From sequence record MT135025.1: a stretch of 64,000 bases of DNA. The stretch is one strand, 5' to 3'. Positions within the stretch are counted from its first letter, which is position 1. The number at the start of each line of letters is the position of its first letter. Positions 26,507 through 36,333 of the stretch are shown piece by piece. A model generated the notes under the pieces. It saw only the letters and a list, made by a program, of their open reading frames with translations, made no database searches and had not been told where the DNA came from. The position numbers and the translations under genes were made by a program.

Positions 26507-27937
26507 ATGGATGATTTAGAACGTTTGAAGAAACTAATTGCTGCTGAAGAAGATTGGAAACGAAAGAATAAACTTAAGTTCTTTGAACCATATGATTGGC
26601 AGAAAAAGTTTATGTACGCTTCCAAAGAAAACAGACAGAAACTAGCGATGTGTGCTAACCGTATTGGTAAGACATTTACAGGTGCTGCTGAAATGGCATA
26701 TCACCTAACTGGTAAATACCCAGATGATTGGGAAGGACATCGCTTTGATAAACCAATTAATGCATGGGCATGTGGCGTATCTAACGTAACAACCCGTGAC
26801 ATTCTACAGCTAGAGTTGCTAGGACAACCAGATGACCCTACTGCACTAGGTACAGGAGCAATTCCTGCTGAAGATATTATTGACACCACACGATTACCGG
26901 GTGTCCCAAATGCTCTCCAGAGCGCCACTATCAGACATGTGTCGGGTGGCGTCTCTCGATTGGGCTTTAAGTCCTATGAAATGGGCGAACACAAATTCAT
27001 GGGTTCAGCACTAGACTTTATTTGGCTAGATGAGGAACCACCACACAATATCTTTACACAGTGTATTACACGTACAGCTACTACAAAAGGTATTGTGTCA
27101 ATGACATTTACACCAGAGAATGGTATGACAGAAACGGTACGTGCATTTATGTACGAACTTAAGCCGGGTCAGTTCCTGATTCAAGCCTCTTGGGATGATG
27201 CTCCACACATTGATGAGCACACTAAGCAACAGCTACTTGCAGTTTACTCTCCACATGAACGAGAGATGCGTGCAAGAGGTATTCCGGTATTCGGTTCTGG
27301 TCAGGTATTCCCATTCCCTGAAGACCAAATTGTGGTAGAACCTTTTGTTTTACCAGACCATTATCCACGTATTTGTGGCTTAGACTTTGGTTATGACCAC
27401 CCTACTGCTGCTATCTGGGTAGCATGGGATAGAGAGTCAGATACTGTTTACATTTACGATGAACATTATCAGAACAAACAAACAGCAGTTGTGCATGCAG
27501 CAGCAATTAACTCTCGACCTCGTTGGATTCCAGTTGTATGGCCTCATGATGGCTATCAACATGATAAAGGTTCAGGTATCCAACTAGCTCAACAATACCG
27601 AAATCAAGGTGTGAACATGACAGCAGAACACTTTAAGAACCCTATTGCCTTGGGTGAGAAATCAACAGGTAAAGGTAGTAATAGTGTCGAAGTTGGTATC
27701 ATGGAAATGTACCAGATGATGGAGCAAGGACGCTTGAAAGTGTTCTCAACCTGTCGTAACTGGCTTCAAGAGTTCCGTGAGTATCACCGTCAAGATGGTA
27801 AGATTGTTCCTATTAAAGATGATGCAATCTCAGCTTCACGTTACGCAATCATGTCACGAGAGAAATATGCAGTTGTAGGTTCTGGTGGAGACCCATACAC
27901 AGAATACTTTGTACAGGATAACAGAGGTATAGTTTAA
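26507..27937 (+). CDS. terL: terminase large subunit
   Basis: ANRIGKT, WLDEEP, MTFTPENG, GLDFGYDHPTA, DDAISASRYA. Confidence 0.96.
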   Translation: MDDLERLKKLIAAEEDWKRKNKLKFFEPYDWQKKFMYASKENRQKLAMCANRIGKTFTGAAEMAYHLTGKYPDDWEGHRFDKPINAWACGVSNVTTRDILQLELLGQPDDPTALGTGAIPAEDIIDTTRLPGVPNALQSATIRHVSGGVSRLGFKSYEMGEHKFMGSALDFIWLDEEPPHNIFTQCITRTATTKGIVSMTFTPENGMTETVRAFMYELKPGQFLIQASWDDAPHIDEHTKQQLLAVYSPHEREMRARGIPVFGSGQVFPFPEDQIVVEPFVLPDHYPRICGLDFGYDHPTAAIWVAWDRESDTVYIYDEHYQNKQTAVVHAAAINSRPRWIPVVWPHDGYQHDKGSGIQLAQQYRNQGVNMTAEHFKNPIALGEKSTGKGSNSVEVGIMEMYQMMEQGRLKVFSTCRNWLQEFREYHRQDGKIVPIKDDAISASRYAIMSREKYAVVGSGGDPYTEYFVQDNRGIV

Positions 27938-30078
27938 TGCCAAAACAAGAAGAATTGAAGGTAATGGAAAAGGATAAACAGATTCATTACCTTCGTAAAT
28001 ATATTCGAGATGCTCGTGATTATCAGGACGAGAAACTACAAGAGAACTGGAAACAAGCTCAACGCTACTACTACGGCGAGAAGATGGGCAATGAAGTTGA
28101 AGGTCGTTCTCAAGTAATCTCACGAGATGTCTCAGATGCCATTGACTGGATGATGCCAGATTTGATGGAAATCTTTGCAACAGATTACAATGCTGTGCAA
28201 TACGAAGCTCGTACTCCTGCCCATGTAGATGGTGCAGAACATATGAGTAACTACGCTAACTACACATTCTTTAACCTGAATGAAGGTTTCATGATTATGC
28301 ATCAATGGTTTAAAGATGCACTAATGTTTAAGCGTGGTATTGTTAAGCATTACTGGACGGAAGAAACTAACCAAACAGCAGAATACTACACAGGCTTATC
28401 AAATGATGGTGTTACAGCAGTTCTTGCAAAAGACGGTGCTGAACTATTAGAGATTGCCGAGAATGAAGATGGTACGTTTGATATTAAGATTTCTGTAGAA
28501 GAAACTAAACGTTACATCAAAGTAGAGCCTGTTCCGCCAGAAGAGTTCTTGATTGACCGAAATGCTAAGTGTGTTAAAGACGCTACATTTGTTGGTCATC
28601 AACGTAAAGTTACTAAGGCTGACCTATATGAAATGGGTTATACAGCCGAACAAATTGAAGAGTTAAATAACTACGATGAAGATGACCCATCTGATTCTGA
28701 ACTACGACTAATCCGTGAGATGTATAACGGTGCTCAGACACACGATTATGACGATTACGGAAATGACCCAATGAACGACAAGTATTGGATTATTGAAGCG
28801 TATGTTCGTATGGATGTGGATGGTGATGGCTTTAATGAGCTACGCCGAATCATCATGTGTGGTAATACAATTCTGAGTGATGATGACTGGGACTTTGTAC
28901 CTTTTTCTTCATTAACTCCTAACCCTATTCAACATCAGTTCTACGGTCAATCTATTTATGACATGGTTCATGATGTTCAAGAAGTTAAGACAGCCCTTCT
29001 TCGTAACCAACTAGACAATATGTACTTGATTAACAATGGTCGCTATGCTGCCGTTGAGGGTCAGGTTAACTTAGCTGATATGCAAAATAACAAGCTAGGC
29101 GGTGTAGTTCGTGAGAAGATGCAAGGTGCATTACGACCTCTAGTACAGCCTGAGTTACCGAAAGGTACTTATGATATGGTTGCTTACTACGATGAGATTA
29201 AAACAAACCGTACTGGTGTTTCTCCTCGTACACAGGGTCTTGATGACAAGGTTCTAAACTCTCATACTGGCTCTGGTCAAGTTAACCGAGTTATGTCTAC
29301 TGCTGAGAAACGACTGAAATTAGTAGCTCGTATCTTTGCTGAGACAGGTGTTCGTGATTTGTTTATTGCTATTAAGCAACTTGCAATGAAACACCAAGAT
29401 GAGCAGATGAGCTTCCGTCTTAACGGTAAGTACGTAACAATTGACCCAGCTACTTGGCGTGACCAAGTGGATATGAAAGTTCTTGTAGGTAACGGTACTA
29501 AGGATAAAGACCAACAACTTATGCACTTGATGCGTATGTTTGAATTGACACAAAGCATTGTGGGTAATGGCGGTCTAGGTATCTTAACCAATGAACAGAA
29601 GATTTACAATCTATTAACTAAGATTACTGAAAACGCTGGTTATACAGATGTAGAGGAGTTCTGGTTAGACCCAACTACCGAAGAAGCTTTAGCAGCTAAG
29701 AAAGCTCGTGCAGAGGAAGCAGCTAAACCTACACCTGATGAAATTAAGGCTAATGCAGACGCTCTGAAGAAACAGTCTGATTCGCAAGTTGACCAGCTTA
29801 AGGTACAACAGGAAGCGAAGAAGAATGATGTGGAAAGTCGAATTAAGCTTAAAGAACTTGAGCTTCGAGAACGTGAGATTGCGTTGCAAGAACGTGAGCA
29901 AGCGCTTCAAGAAGACATTCAAGACATGGAGCGAGAAAAGTTTGAGTGGGCTAAACAAGTTAACATCGCTGAAGTCGTCCTTACTAAGGAAACAGAGAAA
30001 GCTGTCTCAATCGGAGATGGAAAGCTCTACAAAGGACGAAACAAAGGCCAAACAGATTCAGGCAATACTGGACAGTAA
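27937..30078 (+). CDS. portal protein (P22/PaP3-type)
   Basis: 713 aa after terL; GRSQVISRDV, FKRGIVK, C-terminal coiled coil. Confidence 0.92.
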   Translation: MPKQEELKVMEKDKQIHYLRKYIRDARDYQDEKLQENWKQAQRYYYGEKMGNEVEGRSQVISRDVSDAIDWMMPDLMEIFATDYNAVQYEARTPAHVDGAEHMSNYANYTFFNLNEGFMIMHQWFKDALMFKRGIVKHYWTEETNQTAEYYTGLSNDGVTAVLAKDGAELLEIAENEDGTFDIKISVEETKRYIKVEPVPPEEFLIDRNAKCVKDATFVGHQRKVTKADLYEMGYTAEQIEELNNYDEDDPSDSELRLIREMYNGAQTHDYDDYGNDPMNDKYWIIEAYVRMDVDGDGFNELRRIIMCGNTILSDDDWDFVPFSSLTPNPIQHQFYGQSIYDMVHDVQEVKTALLRNQLDNMYLINNGRYAAVEGQVNLADMQNNKLGGVVREKMQGALRPLVQPELPKGTYDMVAYYDEIKTNRTGVSPRTQGLDDKVLNSHTGSGQVNRVMSTAEKRLKLVARIFAETGVRDLFIAIKQLAMKHQDEQMSFRLNGKYVTIDPATWRDQVDMKVLVGNGTKDKDQQLMHLMRMFELTQSIVGNGGLGILTNEQKIYNLLTKITENAGYTDVEEFWLDPTTEEALAAKKARAEEAAKPTPDEIKANADALKKQSDSQVDQLKVQQEAKKNDVESRIKLKELELREREIALQEREQALQEDIQDMEREKFEWAKQVNIAEVVLTKETEKAVSIGDGKLYKGRNKGQTDSGNTGQ

Positions 30079-30241
30079 GGTCTTTCAAGAAGCAATGGAT
30101 GATTTAAGGGCGGATGCTTTAATCCGCTCAATGGTTGCGGAGGCTGATGAAGTCTCCCTTCAATACAAACGAGAAGCTAAGGCGGTTGATGCTATCATCA
30201 CCCAACTGGAAATTAAACTTAGCGAATATAAAGGAGAGTAA
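30017..30241 (+). CDS. small head-region protein
   Basis: KAKQIQAILDSKVFQEAM pattern between portal and scaffold. Confidence 0.55.
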   Translation: MESSTKDETKAKQIQAILDSKVFQEAMDDLRADALIRSMVAEADEVSLQYKREAKAVDAIITQLEIKLSEYKGE

Positions 30242-30246
30242 GATTT

Positions 30247-31317
30247 ATGAGTACAAACGCTACGCCTGTTATTGGGCACGGACCGAACAACCTTGATGAA
30301 GGACTCGATTTGTCAGCGGCATCTCAGCACGACGTATTCCAGTCGATGGCTAACGAAATGCTAGGCATTGAAGAGGAAGAAGTCGAACAAGAAGTGGAAT
30401 CCGAAGAGGAGGAAGCTGAAATTGAAGAGGAGCTAGACGAGGACGAATCAGAAGAGGAAGAGGTCTCTGAGGAAGACGATGAGGATGAAGAATCCGATGA
30501 AGAATCCGATGAAGAGGAAGCCGACGAATCTGAAGATGAAACTACCGATAGCGAAGTCTTCTTGGTCAAAGTTGATGGAGAGGAACTCGAAGTAACTGGT
30601 GATGAACTGGTTCAAGGTTATCAACGTCAGCAAGACTATACACGTAAAACTCAAGAAGTTGCAGAAGAACGTAAGCGTCTACAAGAGCATTATGCCGAGC
30701 TAGAAGCTGAACGTACTAAATATGTAACCGCTCTTGACCAACTCATTCAAGAAGAATCTAAAGAACTAGAGAAATACAATGAGGTTGACTGGAATAAACT
30801 TAAACAGGAAGACCCAAACCAATTCCTAATTCTTCAATACGAATTGAATGAGGCACGTACAGCGCTACAATCTAAGATGGAAGCCCGTAAACAAGCTATT
30901 GAGCAATCAACCTCAGAGAAAGGCTTGAAAGAGGCAGACTATCTAGCAGCTCAAGAGAAACGAGCAGCAGAGATTGTTGAGGGGTGGCGTGGACCTGAGC
31001 ACGACAAGTTGGTGCAAGGACTACAAGAACAAACACAAAAGCTAGGTTTTGAAGATACTGATAAAGACCTTCTTAAACATGCTATTGTTATTAAGCTACT
31101 CCAAAAGGCTAAGGAATATGACGACTACAAAGCTTCTCAGACTAAAGTGGTAGAGAAGAAATTGAAGCGTAAAGTTCCTAAAGTAGTCAAATCAGGAAAG
31201 AGTGCTACAGGTAAGACTCAAGATAAATCTCAGAAGAAATATCAGGAGTCAATGGCACGTCTTCGTAAAACAGGTAATATCAAAGATTCAGTTGACGCTT
31301 TTAAGGCGTTTCTATAA
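30247..31317 (+). CDS. capsid scaffolding protein
   Basis: Very acidic N-terminus, VKVDGEELEVT.DELVQGYQRQQDYTRKTQ motif. Confidence 0.9.
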   Translation: MSTNATPVIGHGPNNLDEGLDLSAASQHDVFQSMANEMLGIEEEEVEQEVESEEEEAEIEEELDEDESEEEEVSEEDDEDEESDEESDEEEADESEDETTDSEVFLVKVDGEELEVTGDELVQGYQRQQDYTRKTQEVAEERKRLQEHYAELEAERTKYVTALDQLIQEESKELEKYNEVDWNKLKQEDPNQFLILQYELNEARTALQSKMEARKQAIEQSTSEKGLKEADYLAAQEKRAAEIVEGWRGPEHDKLVQGLQEQTQKLGFEDTDKDLLKHAIVIKLLQKAKEYDDYKASQTKVVEKKLKRKVPKVVKSGKSATGKTQDKSQKKYQESMARLRKTGNIKDSVDAFKAFL

Positions 31318-31332
31318 GAGGAATAACTAATT

Positions 31333-32376
31333 ATGGCAGATTTTAACAGTACAGTATCAGTCGGTAAACGTGAAGACCTAGCGGACGTAATCTACAACGT
31401 TGACCCGTTTGAAACCCCAGTAATGAACTCGATTGGTCGTGGTTCAGCACACAACATCGTATGGGATTGGCAGGTAGATGAAATCGGTAAAGGTCATGCG
31501 ACAGATACCATCGTACCAGAAGGTCATGACTTTACTCAACAAGAGCAACAGTCTACTGACCGACTAAGCTCAATCATGCAGATTAACGAGCGTGGTTTCG
31601 GTATCACTGGTACTGATGAAGCAATCAAGAAAGCTGGTCGTGGCTCAGAGCTTGCTTACCAAATGGCTAAGGTTTCTAAGAAACTGAAGATGGATATGGA
31701 GATGCAGCTTGCAGGTGGTCACCACCAGTACACTGATAACGGTGGTAACGTTGCAGTAGCTCGTAAGACTCCATCTGTATCTAGCTGGATTTCTAAGAAC
31801 GTTATCCAAGTAGACGGCACTAACAAATCTACACTGACTGGTAATACTCCAGCTCCAGTGACAGGTGTTGCTAATGGTCGTGGTGTATGGCAAGAGCCAG
31901 GTGCTGCTTCTACAGCAGAGCTTACTGAGACTCACCTACAAGACCTATTGACTGGCATCTATATGGAGTCAGGTCGTTCACCAAACACACTGGTTGTTGA
32001 CCCTAAAACTAAGACCAAAATCTCGAATACTTTCGTAGGTCGAGCGACTGGTCAGCTACAGCAATCAGCTAAGGACAAGACTGTTCAGTCAGTTGTTGAT
32101 GTGTACATCTCGGACTTTGGTACCCTACGTATCATGCCTTCACGTTACATCGGCGGTGACTTGGAACAAGGCGGTATGGCACTAGCGCTAGACACTTCAC
32201 AGTGGTCTATCGACTTCCTACGTAGCTTCAACACCTACGACTTGCCTAAGACTGGTGACCACATGCGTAAGGCACTTAACGTTGAGTGGGGTCTACGTTG
32301 TAACAACGAGTTAAGCTCTGGTATGATTATCGACTTTGCGAAAGGTAACCCATTCGCTTCTGTCCCAGTAGCTTAA
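31333..32376 (+). CDS. major capsid protein (DUF5309-like)
   Basis: GKREDLADVIYNVDP.ETP, KKLKMDME, EWGL; followed by a strong terminator. Confidence 0.92.
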   Translation: MADFNSTVSVGKREDLADVIYNVDPFETPVMNSIGRGSAHNIVWDWQVDEIGKGHATDTIVPEGHDFTQQEQQSTDRLSSIMQINERGFGITGTDEAIKKAGRGSELAYQMAKVSKKLKMDMEMQLAGGHHQYTDNGGNVAVARKTPSVSSWISKNVIQVDGTNKSTLTGNTPAPVTGVANGRGVWQEPGAASTAELTETHLQDLLTGIYMESGRSPNTLVVDPKTKTKISNTFVGRATGQLQQSAKDKTVQSVVDVYISDFGTLRIMPSRYIGGDLEQGGMALALDTSQWSIDFLRSFNTYDLPKTGDHMRKALNVEWGLRCNNELSSGMIIDFAKGNPFASVPVA

Positions 32377-32389
32377 TAACTAACGACAA

Positions 32390-32420
32390 GCCCTCTCCTT
32401 CGGGGGAGGGTATTTTTATT
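32390..32420 (+). terminator. rho-independent terminator (UUCG loop)
   Basis: CCCTCTCC-TTCG-GGGGAGGG-TATTTTT. Confidence 0.85.
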
Positions 32421-32434
32421 TGGAGAGTATAGAA

Positions 32435-32740
32435 ATGACACAGAAAAAAGATTACCGTACAGAATATAAAGAACAAGCAGATGGTTCATTAGAACTTAAA
32501 CACGTACAGAAAGTTGACCACATTATCGACACTAACAAGGAACTACAGAAAGAGAATCAAGGCGGCAAGGATATGAAACTAGCTGCACGTATTCCTATGA
32601 ACGTTATCTTCCAGTGGCAACAAGAAGGTATTGATATGACTCTTGTGGGTGTTGACCCTGATATGACAGCTAAGTTCTGGAAGAAACTACAGAGTCCTGA
32701 GTGGGCTAACCTGCGTGTTTGGAAAGGCAAAATGGTGTAA
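32435..32740 (+). CDS. hypothetical virion protein
   Basis: AARIPM.V..QW pattern after the capsid gene. Confidence 0.7.
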   Translation: MTQKKDYRTEYKEQADGSLELKHVQKVDHIIDTNKELQKENQGGKDMKLAARIPMNVIFQWQQEGIDMTLVGVDPDMTAKFWKKLQSPEWANLRVWKGKMV

Positions 32741-32743
32741 GAC

Positions 32744-33448
32744 ATGTATGACACTTTTAAAGAACTAGAAGATGCTGTAATTGATTGGATTGACCGTGAG
32801 GATATTCGTCCTCGTGCTAAAGACTTTATCCGATTAGTTACATTAAAAGCTGCTCGACAGCTACGAGTTCCTACTATGGAACGAACCCAGATTGTTGACT
32901 TATATGAAGATGGTTCTGTACAGATTCCAACAGATTTAGTAGAGCTTATCTCTATAGACTATCTGGTAACAGAACCTAAAGAAAGTAACCCTGACGAAGA
33001 AGTAGTACTACGTAGACACTCTTTGAAGAAGGGTTCAGTATATGAATTTAAAGATGCGGTAGATAAATACTTTACCAGTGGCATTGGGGGTGTTCCACAG
33101 AAGTTTGCTCGTGAAGGTTCTCTTTACAAAGTGTTCCCTCTCAAAGCTTATAGTGAAGATATTGTAGGTGGCTTTACTGGTACATTTGACAAGTACGGTA
33201 AGGTTGAAGTACACTACTTTGCTCTACCAACTACACTACAATTTGATGACGACACAAACTGGCTGTTACAGGTAGCTCCTGAAGTTTACTTGTATGGTGC
33301 TTTATCTCATGCTTATGAGTTTGTACGTGATTATGAGACAGCAGCTTTCTGGAACTCACGTATGGAAACGTCTATTGCTGAGATTCAAGCATGGAGCATT
33401 CGAGCTGATGACCAAGGTGGTTTGTGGGAAGTTCCACTAGGGAGTTAA
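32744..33448 (+). CDS. head-tail adaptor / tail tubular protein A
   Basis: L..AV.DWIDRED...FI.L; NWLL..APEVYLYGAL..A. Confidence 0.85.
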   Translation: MYDTFKELEDAVIDWIDREDIRPRAKDFIRLVTLKAARQLRVPTMERTQIVDLYEDGSVQIPTDLVELISIDYLVTEPKESNPDEEVVLRRHSLKKGSVYEFKDAVDKYFTSGIGGVPQKFAREGSLYKVFPLKAYSEDIVGGFTGTFDKYGKVEVHYFALPTTLQFDDDTNWLLQVAPEVYLYGALSHAYEFVRDYETAAFWNSRMETSIAEIQAWSIRADDQGGLWEVPLGS

Positions 33449-33452
33449 ATAA

Positions 33453-33792
33453 ATGGCTACAGAAAACGGTTTCTTTACAAACCAAACACAATTTCAGAAT
33501 GACCCTAACGTATCTCAACGAGATAACCTAAAGGGTTTTTATGGTACTGCTGTTCGTCCAGCTTACGTTGAGGATTTGGTTGCTAAGGCAGAAGAAGCCG
33601 CAGCCAAGTCATACGAATACAGCCAAAACTCTAAACAGTATAGAGATGAGGCTGAAGTTATTCGTGACCAGACACAGGTTATAAATGACCAAACAGACCA
33701 AGTCTATAATGATACTGTACAAGTGTACAATGACACAGTAGGCGTATATAACGATACAGTAGTACAAGCTAATAATGCTGCACAGAGTGCTA
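33453..33792 (+). CDS. tail fibre N-terminal part (continues on the minus strand from 59203)
   Basis: VYNDT heptads; 33725-33792 is the exact reverse complement of 59204-59271. Confidence 0.85.
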
Positions 33793-33917
33793 TCAGACCA
33801 CGTTGAAGTGAATTTATCACACGCCAACGCTTTTGCGTTTATACGGGCGTTTGGTGTAAATGATGGCGACTCGAAGAGCGGCGTACTAGGTAAAGGTCGA
33901 GCTTTCGTAGGAGCAAC
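33792..33917. repeat. 126 bp exact inverted duplicate of 45289-45414
   Basis: Direct reverse-complement comparison. Confidence 0.92.
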
Positions 33918-34188
33918 AAACGAAATTAAAGCACGTCTAAGAGTAGATCGTGTGGTGTATGAAATGTCTGACAGGGAAGGGTGGCTTGCGGCTCTTCAGC
34001 ACCCTATTTTTGACTATGGCGAGGGTCCTGAAGTTGATCGAACATATCTAGTCGGGGCATTTAAAAACTTCTATATCGTGTTGACTAGTCAAACAAGTCT
34101 AAAAATATACACCGATGATGCTGCGTTTACAAAATATGTGAATGCTTTCGACGCGCCATGGTTAAACCCAGAAATAATGGAATCTTAA
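33792..34188 (+). CDS. segment B hypothetical protein, 5'-truncated
   Basis: Open frame from the junction to TAA 34188. Confidence 0.6.
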
Positions 34189-34190
34189 AA

Positions 34191-35042
34191 ATGAAATTTA
34201 GCGAATATCAAAACGAGCTAACAGAAGCATTTGATCGACCAGCACCGATCACAGCACGTCGCGGCAATCAGAGTTTTTTCATGATTGGTGACACTGAGTA
34301 CATGGTCGGGTTGTATTACGACGACTCGAAAAAATCACTCGGAGTTGACTTCATGCATAAGCCGGGTGATTCAGCAACGTACTACTACAGCTTAGCCAAA
34401 GGCAACTCAAAAGACGCAATGACTGTTTTTGCCACAGTGATTGCAGAAATCAAGCGACTTATGAAAGACAACCCGGTAAACAAAATCAGCTTTAGCGCGT
34501 TTCAAGACTCTGATAGCTCAGATGCTAAAAAGCGTTTCCGTTTGTACAAGCGTATGGCAGAACGTTTCAGCAAAGAGCTTGGGTTCAGAATGACCACGTA
34601 TGGCGATTCTTTCACCATGACACGTATAAATCCTGTTGCAGTCAATGTAGAAGAGCCAACTGGTTATGATACAGCGTGGGGTACTGAAATGCTCGATCTG
34701 TATGAAGTCAACGACGCTGCAATTGCCAAAGTCACAGAAGGTGATGGTGAATGGCGTTTGAATAACTGGAACAAGCTGATTGTTCGCAACGGTAAAGTAA
34801 CACTAACATCGGGTCCAATTCGAATGTCAGACGCTTGGTACGATGCGTTTTACGACTTAGAATGGTATCACGATGAAGAAGGCGAACAATGGTTCGATGA
34901 TGAACAGAAGATCGCGATCATCAATGGTAAAGTTTGGGTCATCCACGACATGGAAATTACTATTTGGCCAAGTATTGAGAAATTAGAATTGCAAAGTGAC
35001 TCGGAATTATCAAGCGGGACACGTCAATTGCTTGGATATTAA
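34191..35042 (+). CDS. segment B hypothetical protein (T4-like virion-type N-terminus)
   Basis: MKFSEYQNELTEAFD..; GNSKDAMTVFATV; RFRLYKRM. Confidence 0.7.
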   Translation: MKFSEYQNELTEAFDRPAPITARRGNQSFFMIGDTEYMVGLYYDDSKKSLGVDFMHKPGDSATYYYSLAKGNSKDAMTVFATVIAEIKRLMKDNPVNKISFSAFQDSDSSDAKKRFRLYKRMAERFSKELGFRMTTYGDSFTMTRINPVAVNVEEPTGYDTAWGTEMLDLYEVNDAAIAKVTEGDGEWRLNNWNKLIVRNGKVTLTSGPIRMSDAWYDAFYDLEWYHDEEGEQWFDDEQKIAIINGKVWVIHDMEITIWPSIEKLELQSDSELSSGTRQLLGY

Positions 35043-35047
35043 TCAGA

Positions 35048-35072
35048 AAGGTAGCTTCGGCTACCTTTTTTC
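35048..35072 (+). terminator. rho-independent terminator (UUCG)
   Basis: AAGGTAGC-TTCG-GCTACCTT-TTTT. Confidence 0.9.
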
Positions 35073-35092
35073 GTTTTCAGAGCAAAAAACGG

Positions 35093-35140
35093 TTGCATGA
35101 AATGCTCAAAACCCCTATTATAGCTTCATCGAAACGAAAG
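35093..35140 (+). promoter_or_regulatory. early sigma70 promoter of segment B
   Basis: TTGCAT-N17-TATTAT followed by ATCGAAACGAAAGAGG. Confidence 0.7.
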
Positions 35141-35151
35141 AGGAAAACGAA

Positions 35152-35451
35152 ATGGATGTAACATCAAAACTTGAATTGTCGATGAAAGAGTTCGTTGACG
35201 TTCCATACAACGAGCACAAAACTCATTCTCTTGTTGGTCAAGCAAGTGAGCACATTAACTCGTACTACAACAATCCGGGTGAAATCGTGACTTCAAACGT
35301 CATGTACGTTGAAATCAACGGTGGTATTGTGTATGCTGTAACGCACTCTAAGAGTCGCTACCAGCTAACCAATGTGTCTCATGATGAGATTGCGCAAATG
35401 GTTAAAGCCGCAAGCGAACGCGGGATTAATATTCCGCTTTACAAAAACTAG
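35152..35451 (+). CDS. hypothetical protein
   Basis: GAGG RBS. Confidence 0.7.
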   Translation: MDVTSKLELSMKEFVDVPYNEHKTHSLVGQASEHINSYYNNPGEIVTSNVMYVEINGGIVYAVTHSKSRYQLTNVSHDEIAQMVKAASERGINIPLYKN

Positions 35452-35512
35452 AAAAATTGCTTTAATACAAACTGATTCACTACTTTTGATTACTTTTTGA
35501 GAGAAATATATT

Positions 35513-35827
35513 ATGACTACTATCGTAAACTTCACTGCTGCAATCGAACTAACTACTAAAGCTCTTGTTGAAACTAACCGTATCGAAGGTCGTTTCTACA
35601 ACTCACGTATCGGTCACGAGCAAGGTGAGCAAGCGAAAACTGACGCAGTTCGAGCGTTCAAAGTAATCGACAACAAAGTATATGCTGAAACTCGCAACTG
35701 CGTGTTCCATCTTCGCAATCTGTCTGCTCTTGCACTAGCTGACTTCAACACTATCAACGCACCAGTGTACATGAAGAAAGCTGATGCTGAGTTCGACGAG
35801 ATGGTTAAAGCAGCCCTGTTCTCGTAA
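35513..35827 (+). CDS. hypothetical protein
   Basis: 104 aa, high-expression codon usage. Confidence 0.75.
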   Translation: MTTIVNFTAAIELTTKALVETNRIEGRFYNSRIGHEQGEQAKTDAVRAFKVIDNKVYAETRNCVFHLRNLSALALADFNTINAPVYMKKADAEFDEMVKAALFS

Positions 35828-36279
35828 TGTACCCGAAGAATAAAAGCTATTATGACTTGGTGTATCTTGACATCGCCAAGTCATTTGCTAAAAAAAGCAC
35901 CTGCAAGCAGAAGCAAGTAGGTGCTGTCATCGTCAAGAATGATCGCATTATCTCACACGGTTACAATGGTACGCCGTCAGGCATGCTTCACTGTAAAGAT
36001 ACCGCTGACTTCGGTGATCTAACTCACCGTCAATGGTCAGAAATTCACGAGATTCATGCTGAACAAAACGCGATTTGCTACGCTGCACGCGCTGGCATAT
36101 CTACTGAAGGCGCGACTATGTACGTCACAGCGTCGCCGTGTCATAACTGTGCCAAGCTGATAGTCGCGGCTGGTATCAAAATTCTCATTGTAGGTTCGAT
36201 TTACAGCGGTTCGCAACCCGATTGGTGGCACTGGCTACGTGATCGCGGTGTGAAAGTTATTATGTTCGAAGACGAATAA
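35827..36279 (+). CDS. dCMP deaminase
   Basis: STC...VGAVIV, GYNG.PSG, HAEQNAI, SPC.NC.K Zn motifs. Confidence 0.95.
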   Translation: MYPKNKSYYDLVYLDIAKSFAKKSTCKQKQVGAVIVKNDRIISHGYNGTPSGMLHCKDTADFGDLTHRQWSEIHEIHAEQNAICYAARAGISTEGATMYVTASPCHNCAKLIVAAGIKILIVGSIYSGSQPDWWHWLRDRGVKVIMFEDE

Positions 36280-36333
36280 TGTTTAATATAAGTAATTCGG
36301 ACTTATAATAGAGCTTTAACAAGAGAGAAACAT

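Noticed and set aside
30324-30654. Minus-strand Ser-rich and Phe-rich ORFs
   Set aside because: Antisense shadows of the acidic scaffold region
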